A model generated the notes under the pieces. It made no database searches. It was not told where the DNA came from and saw nothing but the letters and a program-made list of their open reading frames with translations. Both the position numbers and the translations under genes were made by a program. Shown one piece after another: positions 12,731 through 24,415 of a DNA stretch of 64,000 bases. This DNA is from Dendrobates tinctorius (taxonomy: Eukaryota), in NCBI RefSeq assembly GCF_039654945.1, contig NW_027361682.1:24676001-24740000 (forward strand), given 5' to 3'. Within the stretch, counting starts at the first letter, position 1. Each line of letters begins with the position of its first letter.

Positions 12731-13203
12731 TACATAGCCCTTGACAGGTTGCAATCCATATCACAACCACTGGATGACTACTCCCAACAGAATAATATAA
12801 AAAATCCAGTAAATTGGAGAAGTCTGGAGCCAAAAGGAAAGGTAAGGAAAGATTGATATGTATCTATAAATGCCGCTCCCATTTTATTGTATTATTATTT
12901 TTATTTTTACATACGCATAATTTAAATATAATTACCAAGTTGGCAATTTTCTACCCTTCTATGGTGACGGGATTTTTAATATTTCAACTGTATTTAAACT
13001 CCTACTAAGAAGAAATGAAACAGAAAGCGTGAGTCATTACTTAGCATTTTGAGTCGACAGATACCCCATTAAAAAAATTGGAGTGAGAACTGAATAAACT
13101 AGAAATTAAATTAGACTCTCAGCAATAATAATGATCGCGATGGATATAAAGCATATACACACACCATATGAAGTCATGTTTCCCTCCTGTCTCATATACT
13201 CTC

Positions 13204-13697
13204 ATCCAAGGGGTAACGTTGCGGAGAGTGACATGTCAAGCATGCCGAGGTGAGGAGACTTTTAAGCTGCAATGGGAAATATGCAAATTGTCTCTTCAGA
13301 GAGGCAGAGGACGAAAACTCTAGTGCCACCTATAGGAAATAGCAATCTTAAAAGTCAATATCACCTCTCTAACGAGCCTTGTCACTTGAGTTAGGATCAA
13401 ACCCAAAACCAAAATCTCAATTTGTAGACACAAAGTGTCAGATTTGGTTTGGTTGGGTGAGAGGCATCTGACCGGGATCCAAGGGGTAACATTGTGGAGA
13501 GTGACATATCAAGCCTGACATGCCGAGGTGAGGAGACTTTTAAGCCTCAATGCCACTCTGGGAAATATGCAGATTGTCTGTACAGAGAAGAAGAGCACTA
13601 GAACTCTAGTGCCACCTATAGGAAGTTTGCTACTTCCTATAGTTGGCACTAGCATGTTAGTCCTCTTCCTCTCTGAAGAGGCAATTTGCATATACTC
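13204..13697. repeat. Directly duplicated ~140-bp unit with a foldback arm, possibly Penelope-derived
   Basis: atccaaggggtaac...ctctagtgccacctataggaa occurs at about 13204 and 13477; the second copy continues into its own inverted complement (about 13633-13697). Confidence 0.65.
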
Positions 13698-14641
13698 TCA
13701 TGACACAGTAGTCTGTCTGGGATAATTAATATTTTGTAAGAACCTACTGCCCTTTTTGACGGTCTCATATCTAATATCTTGAGTATTAATTCCATAAACT
13801 TGCACACAAAAAAACAGCACAAACAGGTTCTGGTTGCAGACTATAAAATCCACCCTAAAGCTACACTTTGAAACACAGTTCAAAAATTTGTGGTTCAAAA
13901 ACCAAGCAGCCGGATGTAACTTTACTTACGATCCCCTGGAGTCAATATTGAGAATGATACCTCGCTCGGAAGAAATAGGTGCCAACTCTTAATATGGCAT
14001 TACTAAAGTAAACCTGTCATTTTCCCGAAAACTCAAGTCTGTATTTTTTATTTTATTTTTTTAAATTACAATCTCCCTGGGGCAAGGGAGGTGAGAGCTA
14101 AAAAAATAAAAAAAAATAAAAAAAGATAATTTTTGTAAAAACAGAATATTATTTGTAGATTTGGACATTGGCCGTCTCTCTGCAGCGCTTAGAGTTTCAT
14201 TTTTATATCAAATATTTATTTGGTTTTTAACATAACTCTTCTGACCACAGAAAATTCAATTACGGAAAACGGCAGCTATCAAATTGATCGACTATGAACA
14301 GGTCTTTATGGAGAGTTGGCAACGGGTTTTCGAAGCTCTGAGAATCCCTTCCTATGTGGAACAGTTATCGCTTGGGACTCATTAGGATTTTGTTCCTACC
14401 TTTTCGTTAGCACTTGTTAACTATTTGCAGACAGCACACATTTTATGGGTAGCTCTCATCATTTTTGGTGGATCAAATTTGCTTTATTTCTAGAAAAAAT
14501 TCTTGTTCCCCGGTGATTTCTAGAAATATAACCCAACTCAATTCACAGGAATTAGGTGCAGTACCGGGCACAGCCATTAAGGAACAGTGGCGCTGTGTTT
14601 GTAAAAAAAACAAAAAACAAAAAACAAAAACAGATCCTTAA

Positions 14642-15304
14642 AGAATAACCATAGTTTTATTTTTTAATAAATCAATAATACAGGTGAAAATAAAAAACTT
14701 TGTAATACATCTTAAAGAAAAATCTGATTCTTGATCCTCTTGTACTGATCCTTCATTCTCAAAACTCGCAGTTCACAGGTAAAATCTGTCTTCAGTGAAT
14801 ACGGACACTCCCATTACTGAAATAAGATATATCAGTTAGTGCTCATAATGTTCTAAGGAGAACTGCAGCAGAATGTCTGTGTCGGCCTCTAGCTCCTCCC
14901 CTCTCCATAGAATCTTATAAGCACTAACTGTCATCTCCTATCTCAATAATGGGAAATCTGTCTACACTGAATACAGATTTTGCAATTACTGAGATAGGAG
15001 ATGACAGCTGGTGCTCATAAAGTTCCATGCAACTTGCAGAAAATTTTAAATGTTTTCCTCTAGCTCCTCCCCCACCATAGAATTTTAAAAGCACCAAATG
15101 TCATCTCCTATCTCAGTAATGGGAAAATCTGTCTTCACAGAAAACAGATTTTAAAGGTTTTCAGTTTTCACCCATGAATTGGGAATGTAAGATCAGTCCA
15201 GGAGAAGAAAAAAGCAAATTTCTCTGATAAGATATTTTGCAAAGCTGCTTATTTTCATGAGTACTATTGATTTATGGAATAAAAATTAAAATGATGGTTA
15301 CACT
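14642..15304. mobile_element. TTAA-targeting palindromic MITE (Kolobok/T2-like)
   Basis: ttaa-AGAATAACCAT...ATGGTTACACT-ttag with long imperfect inverted arms and internal repeats. Confidence 0.7.
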
Positions 15305-16712
15305 TTAGACCTAGTCACAGATAAGCCCTTAATCATGAAGTTACAAAGAAAGATCTCTCGCGGAGCCTTAAATTTGGGGATTTTGTAAAATAAAATTCCA
15401 TTGTAAAACTTTTTAAAATGGTCTTTGGACTAGTGTGATTGTCTTCTAAGCAGAATCTCCCATGAAAGAACCCAACTCGTATATGTATACATCTTACCAA
15501 AATTTGAGACATTTAAGCCGCATCCCCCAAGAAAGGCCAAGAACGCTTTGACAAAATGGCCAAAATGGCCAAATGACCAACTCCCTCTTTTGGGCATGAC
15601 TCAACTAAACCTGGCTCCATTTGGGACTGTCCTGGCAAAATTGGGATTTTTGGCAACTATCAGTGATGTTATCTACTAGCACTGAAGACAAATGTAAACC
15701 CTACAATATATAGTGTCTTATAAAAGTATTCAACCCCTGGACTTTATTTGATTAAAAGAAAAATGTGGATCTCAGACACTTGTGGATTTTATGACTCCTA
15801 CAACCTCCAAGTTGTACAGAGCCAAATACGACATCTACAGGAATTACAATATATGGGGCATGTGATTTTTTTTTATAGTAAACCACAAAGTTTGAGCCCC
15901 CATATGACAGTGTATCTTCTACTAGGTCTGCAGCAATGCCTATCCCCCTCCATCACTTACCAGTATTTGCTCCATACATCTACTAGTGGCTGAGCCTGGT
16001 ACTGCAGTACATTCCAAGCTGTTCAAAGCTGCAGAATGAAGCACAGACACTATAAGGAGCTGACACAAAGAAGAACTCATCAGGGGGTGCTGAAAATAGG
16101 ACTTCCCCCAATATGATATAAATAGTCTATCCTAGTATCGGGACATCATTTTCGTAAAGCTGGAGAACCCCTTTAGGTGGCATATTTTAGCATGATATGG
16201 GTTGCCCTAACTGAACAGTTCCTTTAGGTAGGCCAATTATTAAAGTACTTTTCTTTTTATGAAAACCACACATTGGATAATTAATCTGATTAGTGGACTC
16301 TGACTGCTGGGACCTCCACAGATCACAAAAATGGGCGTCTTAGAATCTCTCGTGAATGTCGCAGTAGTGTCTATCGGTAACTAACGCTCTATTCACTTCT
16401 ATGAGTTTGACCAAGGTTCTCATAGGCAGTGGATGGAGTAGTGGTGACGTATGAATACCATGACTTCATTCACACATGAACAGGGTTCCCCAAGACCCTT
16501 GTGTGCACTTCTGCTTTATTCACATAGAGGACTCAGGACCCCGTGTGATCATTAGATCCCCCACCGATTAGACACTAATAATCTAGGGGGTACATTTTTC
16601 TAAAACCCCTTGAAGTCCCAGAACATGTTTTTTTATAGTATATACTTGACATCTAATTAACTTTTAATAAGGACGTAAGGAAAAATAAGTGTACGGTAAG
16701 TTAACCCTTTCA

Positions 16713-17170
16713 ATGGGTTATGCCCATATTCATCAGTGGGTATTATTGGATAAAGCTTGCAAAGACAACTGATTTTGCATTTTACCGATTATTAAAATTT
16801 TGAGCTGTTCTTGAGATATTGACACGTTTCTTTTGTTTACGGCTCATTGCCTTTAGAGACCGATCACCGCTGCTAGACAGCAGAACATGTGCAGTGCTTA
16901 CTAACCCTTCTTTATTGAGCTTGTAAGCACTGTTTTGAAGCTGGTGAGGATCACTGGAGCGCGGTGTTACTTCCTAATCCCAGCTAGCTTTAGCTCAGTG
17001 CTTACAAGGTAGATGGCAGCGGTGGTCTGTCTCCTAGGCAACCAGCTGTAAACAGATGAAAAGTGTAAATATCTCAAGAACGGCCGCAAATTTTTGAAAG
17101 CAGTAAATTGCAAAAGTGCATGTTTTTACGAGCGCTATCTGACAATATCCAGATGATGGAAAAATCCCTT
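16713..17170. mobile_element. TTAA-type palindromic MITE
   Basis: Inverted arms (gttcttgagatatt / aatatctcaagaac; ttttgca / tgcaaaa) ending ccctttaa. Confidence 0.6.
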
Positions 17171-18302
17171 TAAATTTATTGATTGGTTTCCTTTTTAAAG
17201 CAGGAGAAGTTCCAATGAATTAATAAACGCATCAAGAATTCCCAATTTCCATTAGGTAAGGTTGGATTATATGCATTGTCCCCATTAAAGCTTGGATTTT
17301 TTTTTCAATCTTTGCAGAAAAAAAATATAGACCGAGGAAGAAGAATTAGGATGGAAAAAAAGCCAAATGCAAACGGAGACTGTATAACTCCGATTATTCA
17401 CACACAGGGAAATCTCAATAGAACGTAGACCAAATCCAGACATTTAACTGTTTCCTCTTATGTTCTGCAAGTGAACCCCCCCCCGAGCCGTGATTCGGAT
17501 AGGCTGCTAATGGAGCTGTCATAATGCTATAATGGATCTCCACCAGAAAGCTGCGGATGGCTATTTAACGTTTCAGAACTCGACTTATAAAATCTTCGGT
17601 TACCTTCTTCCCCTCTTTAAGGCCAAGGAGCTAATGGAATTGGAATTGCTTTCGAATGCCGACAGCTTTTTCTAATAAAGGAAAACAGAAACAGGTTTTG
17701 GGTTAATGCTCATATTTGTAACAGGGAGCAGGGGCTCTTCCCCATATGTCCCTATGGATAGTTCTCGAAAAAAGGGAAATTACTGACTAGGCTACACTAC
17801 ATCTTTATTTTTTGCTTCCGATTTTCCTATATCAAGTTCTAATACCACTTTTTTCTGTACTTTTTGACTTACCGTATGTCTCCTTTCAGATTCACTTTCT
17901 GAATCTTAATAAGAAGCTCCGAGGCCCTAATGAAATATTTGGAACAATTTTTCAATATTAGTGTCATCTTTTGTGGCAGAGAGGTCTGTTTGGATCGGCA
18001 GGATGGGGCATGCAGAAATTTAACATGCCTAGTCATTTTTTTTTTTTCATAAGAAATAAGCAGCCACCAGAATTTGGAGACATCGCCTTATATCTTGGCC
18101 AAACAAACCCCCAGCTATTATAAGTATATGGGCATCTTTAATCTCAGAGAACTATAGGCAAAAATGCCAAATATCTCAGGCCATTCCCATTACAAAAAGT
18201 CACACACTGGATCCAAGCTTAATAAAAACCACTCTTAAAAGGCATTGATTTCATAGGAGTGGGTCCCCTTTTTTGAATGGGACCCACTTCTATACTCTGG
18301 AA

Positions 18303-19518
18303 TAGAGTTGAGCGAAACAGGTCGGCCAGATTCATAAGTCGCCGACTTATGCCAAAGTTGGGTTTCGCCAACTGAAACCCGACCATAGCGTGAAGTTGCC
18401 CATGCGGTCGGCAAAACGAGCTCCAAAGTCGGATTTCCCAGAATTCTTGCAGGTGCCTTTTTTTCAGCTAATGAGCAAGGACGTACACTGTGGGCAACGA
18501 GATGACAGTGCAGCGTCCACCACTATCGTAGAGAAGGGCATTGCAGTGATTGGCTTGCTTTGGGGGGGCGTCATAGTGTCTATAAAAGCCCTGACCACCG
18601 ACCTCCATTTTACTTCTACCGATCTTAACAGTAGTGAGAGGTTGCTGTTTATCAGTAGGGAGAGAGTTAGGGCTGTAAAGATATAAGAAGTTCTTATGTG
18701 CTTGTGGTGATAGCAATTGTGCTGTACAGTTAGTGTGCAGTGACAGGCGAGGATTTTCTTGTGTGCAGCAGCGCTGGTTATTAGGCTGCCTGATAGCTGT
18801 ATTGCTGTGTGTACACTGCTGTGCAGACTGCTTTTTACACAGCACTAATACTTTTATTCTTTTTTTCTGCACAGTTACCGACTGTTCATTTTTTCCAACA
18901 CCGTAAAGAGCTGTACGCTCCTCACACACTACCGTGTACCGGCTGGTATCACGGACAAAATACATGCTGACTATCTGTGTGTGACTCCAGAAATAAATAT
19001 GGATATTTAATTTTTCCCCTACACCGTATACAGCTGTACGCTCCTCATACAGTACCGTATATCTGCTGTTTGTATTACGGTCAAATACATACTGAGTGAG
19101 CATCTGTGTGTGACCCTGGAAATATATACGGAGATTTAAATTTTTCCCTACGCCGTATACAGCTGTATGCTTCTGATACAGTACCGTATATCTGCTGTTT
19201 GTATTATGGTGAAATCCATACTGATAGCCAAATAACCCCCAGTTTTCAATGCATTACTATTATTATAAAGTAAATTAAGGTTGACAAGTTTAAGTAATAA
19301 GAATTGATGTCATTGCCATTGAAATGGGCACTGTAGGTGTGTTACTGTCCTCCACTCACTGCCGACTTTTATTCCCCATTGACTTGCATTGGGGTTGGGT
19401 TTCGGTCGGAACTCCGACTTTTGCCGATAGTCGGCCGATTTTGTTCGACTCGACTTGGTAAAGTCGGGTGGTCAGAAATCCGACTTGACCCTCTCGGAGG
19501 CAAAGTCGCTCATCTCTA
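18303..19518 (+). mobile_element. Non-autonomous hAT, an internal-deletion derivative of the 23978-29570 family
   Basis: TIRs TAGAGTTGAGCGA / TCGCTCATCTCTA; 8-bp TSD CTCTGGAA; both ends match the large element in opposite orientation; deletion junction near 19225. Confidence 0.95.
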
Positions 19519-19611
19519 CTCTGGAAGGTTTGGCATGACCATTGTCGCCATTTTATTTTCATGGGTGTCTTGCACTATGATTTTTCTCCCATTGGTCCAA
19601 CCATTTTAATG

Positions 19612-19882
19612 ATCAGGTAGAAGTTGGGAAGACATCCAGAATTGAAAGGACTATAAAAACATGATTTATTAGTAACTATTCATATATCAAAAGTAAAAAA
19701 ATACATATTAACACGCTAGGCCAACGCGTTTTGAAGTAAGGACCTTAGTGATCAAAACGCATAGGAATAGTGGGTTAATTTTTTATTTTTTCACTTTTAA
19801 AATTTTAATAGATACTAAGAAATAATGATTTTATAGTCCTTTTCATTGCGGACGTTGGATGTATTCCTGTCTTCTACCTGAA
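19612..19882. repeat. Degenerate inverted repeat with an ACGCGTTT core, possibly Penelope-derived
   Basis: tcaggtagaag...gaaaggactataaaaacat mirrored by atgattttatagtccttttc...cttctacctga. Confidence 0.5.
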
Positions 19883-21195
19883 CCTTTTCATCCGAGAACC
19901 GGACCATGGTCTCTTTTTGTGCACTATACCCTTATTAGATTGAACGATACATAGACAATGAGAGTTGATACAGAGTTGATATCATCCATGTAAGAGGCCC
20001 CAAGAGGTAATTGGCCCATTTTACCCTCCAAAGCAAGTGGAATTGTGCATTCTTGCACAGGCGCCCTCTTGCCCTCTTCTGTCTGTGTCCACTGTGACCT
20101 CTTGTGATATTTTTTCTTTGCCTTTGTACAACCACTTTAAGTTATATTGTTTAACAAGAACCAAAGCTTGCAATTTGCATCGTAGGAAAAATTTGGTCCT
20201 TAATAACACTATGGTCGCCTTCATATACTATACTGAGGATAATCTGACTGTATGACGATATATTAGAGGAAAGTGCATTCTAGGAATGAAGCACCTAGAA
20301 CTTCACAAAAAAAATTCAGATTCATCAAATTCAAACTTTTAGTGTGAATCCAACAAGATTGCAGCCAGCAGCCATTCTGCTGGATTGTACAAGACTAGAA
20401 AAAAGGATAGAAAAAATAATTTAATAATAATTTGCCAATCACCTGTCACACTGTTGCAGCTCCCTTGCTCCACTGGCTTCTTCCAGCTCTAGTCTGGTCT
20501 TCTTCCATCGGTTCATCTTCCTTCACTTGGTGCCACGGCTTCCTGCTCTAAGTAGGCAAGATACATCATGCATTCACTTCAATGGGAGCCAAGCTGCATT
20601 ACAAGTGAATGACCACTATACCATGCTGTTCCATTGCTGGCTACTGCAGGGTCTGCTAACAACTGATTGGTGGGGGTGCCAGGTGCCATCTGATTTTAAA
20701 GACCAATTTTAATTATGGGCCATCAATATTAAAGGGAACCTGTCAGGTCCCCCATGCCCTCCAACCCAACAGCATTCACCTATGTAGGACTACATTTCCT
20801 GCCTAACCAGCCCTGTATAACTTAATTAATTGAAAACAAGGTTTAAAAAATCATGTATAATGTCCTCGTTTGTTATGCTAATGAGGGCTTTGTCTACTCG
20901 ATGGGACATTAGTTAGCCAGACTAGTCAGCCCTCTCTCCATGTTATCACTCCCATGTACAGTGGAAACAAGGTTTCATACACTATATAAAAAGACACATA
21001 TGCATGTTTTTCTCAATATTTGACATGAAATCAGAATAAATCTTTCCTGTTTTAGGTCAGTTAGGATTACCATTAATATTTGCACAATGCTAGAATAATG
21101 AGATAGAATGTTTTAAGGCATTTTTATTACTTACTGCAAAGTCAAAAGCTTACATACACTAAGATTACTATGCCTTTAAACAATTCTGGACTGCC

Positions 21196-21996
21196 TGTGA
21201 TCAGGTTGCGGGATGCAGTGATGGACAGGAGGCAGAACAAGAGTTAACAGGTTTGTTACAGGGGATGCTCCACTCAGGAAGATAATGAGTTAAGCAGGGA
21301 GTATGGGGAGTGAGATAAAGAAAAGAACAACTGTTTATGAAACAAATAAACTTATCAGTCTACTGGCTTCCTGGCTGTAGAGGCTTGAAATCCCACGATG
21401 GTGCCCACAGGAGTGGCGCGTGAAGTCTCTGGCGGGGTCCTGAAGAAGTTGAGGATCTGGTTCGCGACGAAGGTGGCGTATCCTGGCAGTCCCAAACGAG
21501 GTCCTGTGTTCACGACTCATCGTGCGGAATGCAGCACAGTCTTAAACACCGCCAGAACCTGACTCGGTTTGGCAGTGGCAGAGGGGGAGGAATTACCTGG
21601 CCCTGTGTAAGTCACCAGGTCAGTCTTAGGCGTTACACTCGCAGCAATCACCGGGATGGTACGAGTTGGCTTCTCAGTCACAGGAGCGAGCAGGCACACA
21701 GCAGCTTGCTGCTCAAAGTCAGTGTGTTCGTGTCTCGAGTATCTAGAGCGCGGGCCTACTCTATCACGCTGCTCTAAGGAGGGAGCACAAACCTTCCCCC
21801 GCTGCACACTCTGTCTTCGCACAAAGACTGTCGCTTTCCCGGGCATTGGCCCCTTTTATCACTGACATGCCCCCTGCTGTCGAGTTCAGAGGTCCGTCTG
21901 GGTCAGAAAGCTTTCCCCCGGCATCCATGGTGACAGCCCCAACAGTTCCGGGACCGCTGCAAGACAGGTACCCCTGGTCTGGTCTATCTTCCTACA
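21196..21996. mobile_element. Solo LTR inserted in the Tc1 5' region
   Basis: TGTGATC...CCTACA termini with 4-bp TSD TGCC (21192-21195 / 21997-22000); the Tc1 sequence resumes after it. Confidence 0.82.
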
Positions 21997-22124
21997 TGCC
22001 CATATGATGATGTCACGTATTTGGAAGCTTCTGATTTTTTTGGCAACATATGAGTTAATTAGAGACACACCTGTGGATGTATTTTAATGCACACCTGAAA
22101 CACACTGCTTCATTGTGTAACATC

Positions 22125-23135
22125 ATGGGAAAGTCTCAAGAAATCAGCCAAGATATCAGGAAGGTGAATTGTAGACTTGCACAAGTCTGGTTCATCCTTG
22201 GGTAAAATTTCAAGATACCTGAAGGTGCCGCGTTCATCTGTACAAACAATTATATGAAATTACAAACAAGATGGGAATGTCCAGCCATCCTACTGCTCAG
22301 GCAGAAGACGGGATCTGTATCCCAGAGATGAACGTGCTTTGGTCCGACATGTGCATATGAACCCAAGAACAATGATATGTGAAGATGATGGTGGAAGCTA
22401 GTAAGATTTTGTCAATATCCACAGTGAAACAAGTACTGTATCATCATGGGCTGAAAGGCCACTCTGCCAGTAATAAGCCATTACTCCAAAATAAACATGA
22501 AAAAGCCAGATTATTGTCTGCAAATGCACACAGGAACACAGACCTTAAATTTTAGAGACATATCCTGTGGTCTGATAAAACTAATATTGAACTTTCTGAA
22601 CATAATGACCATCGTTACGTTTGGAGGAAAAAGGGGAGAAGCTTGGAAGCCTAAGAACACCATCCCAACTGTGAAACACAGGGATGGCAGCATCATGTTG
22701 TCGGGTTGTTTTGCTGCAGAATTGACTTCACAAAATAGATGGCATCATGAGAAACAAAGGTTATGTGGCAATAATGAAGCAACATCTCAAGACATCTGCC
22801 TTGAAATTAAAACTTAGGAGGAAATGGGTCTTCCAAATGGACAATGACCCGAAGCATAATGCCAAAATGATAACAAAGTGGCTTAAGGATAATGAAGTCA
22901 ATGTTTTGGAGCGGCCTTCACAAAGCGCTGATCTTAATCCTAGTGAAAATTTATGGGCAAAGCTGAAAAGGCCAGAGCGAGCAAGGCGACCTACAACCCT
23001 GGATCAGTTACACCAGTTTTGTCAAGAGGAATGGGCCCAAATGCTAACCAACTATTGTGAGAAGCTTGTGGAAGGATAACCCAAACGTTTCACCCAAGTC
23101 ATTCACTTTAAGGGTAATGGTACCAAATGCTTATG
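22125..23135 (+). pseudogene. SB-like Tc1 transposase pseudogene
   Basis: ATG at 22125; multiple frameshifts and stops; the DDE C-terminal part lies in ORF 22747..23079. Confidence 0.88.
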
Positions 23136-24415
23136 AAATGTATGTAAACTTTTGACTTTGCAGTAAGAAAAAAAAATGCCTTAAAACATTCTCTCTCATT
23201 ATTCTGGCATCTGACAAATATTAATAATTACGGTAATCCTAATTGACCTAAAATGGGAAAGGTTTATTCTGATTTCATGTCAGATGTTGAGAAAAACATG
23301 CATATGTGTCTTCTTTTATAGTGTATGTAAACTTCTGGCTTCGACTGCAGGAGTGATAACATAATTGTCAGTTGCCGATGTCATCATCAGCTCCTGTAAA
23401 TCTCATGCATACTTGCATTTGTTTGCTCATTTTATTGTTTAAGCTGAGTCAAGCTGTTCTTCGACTCATCCATGGAAGTGAGCTGTCTTCTGCACATCCG
23501 GTCATGCGCACTTTGCCTCTGAAGTCGGGAAGCGCAAACCCAGCGACAGAGGCGGAGTGACGCTGCCGAAATGAGCAGCGTGCATGCGCAATATTTGCAG
23601 GAGCTGATGATGATGTCGGCTCCTGCAAATTATGTTATTACGCCCACAGGGGCGTGATAAAATGGAGAGAGGGCTGACTAGTCTGAAGAAACTAACGCCC
23701 CATCGACTAGTCAAAGCCCTAATTAGCATAGGAAAACAGGGACAATATAAATGCCTTTTCTAAACCTTGATTTCACTGACTAGCATTATGCAGGGCTGGT
23801 TAGGCAGGGAATGAAGTCTACATAGATGAATGCTGCTGGGTTGGAGGGCATGGTGGACCTGACAGGTTCCCTTTAAAGTCCAGTATAACCCCTTTATGGC
23901 TCACCTTTACTTCTGTTGTTAAAGGGGACTGTAATATCAGTTTTGGATTATCTAGTACACCAGACAATGGTAGCTTCTAGAGATGAGCGACTTTGCCTCC
24001 GGGAGGGTCGAATCGGGTTTCGGACCACCCGATTTTACCAAAAGTCGAGTCGAATGAAATCGTCCGACTGTCGGAAAAAGTCGGAGTTTCAACAGAAACC
24101 CGACCCCAATGCAAGTCAATGGGGAATAAAAGTCGGCAGTGAGTGGAGGACAGTAAACACACCTACAGTGCCCATTTCAATGGCAACGACATCAATTCTT
24201 ATTACTTAAGCTTGTCAACCTTAATTTACTTTATAATAATAGTAGCGCATTGAAAACTGGGGGTTATTTGGCTAAAGTTGTGGGGGGGTACAGCCCAGTT
24301 AAGGAAGTGAAAAATCTGGCATATGTTGAGGTGTAGGCTGGACGTTCAGCAGCTGCAAATGGAGGAATTGGAGAAGTCGGAGGAAGAGGACAAAGCGAGC
24401 CATTTTGCTGTCAAC

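Larger units (their letters stand above)
20959..23347 (+). mobile_element. Sleeping Beauty-like Tc1 transposon (IR/DR type), decayed
   Basis: ta-CAGTGGAAAC...TTCGACTG with long IRs; transposase begins MGKSQEISQDIRK..VDLHKSGSSLG..KVPRSSVQTI (SB-like) and includes MDNDPKH and SQSADLNPSENLW. Confidence 0.92.
20733..23872. mobile_element. TTAA-targeting MITE (Kolobok/T2-like) split by a Tc1 insertion
   Basis: ttaa-AGGGAACCTGTCAGGTCC...GGACCTGACAGGTTCCCT-ttaa with inverted arms of about 200 bp. Confidence 0.88.

Noticed and set aside
18468-19103. 211-aa ORF
   Set aside because: It lies in non-coding hAT subterminal repeats; the homologous region of the large copy is not one continuous frame.
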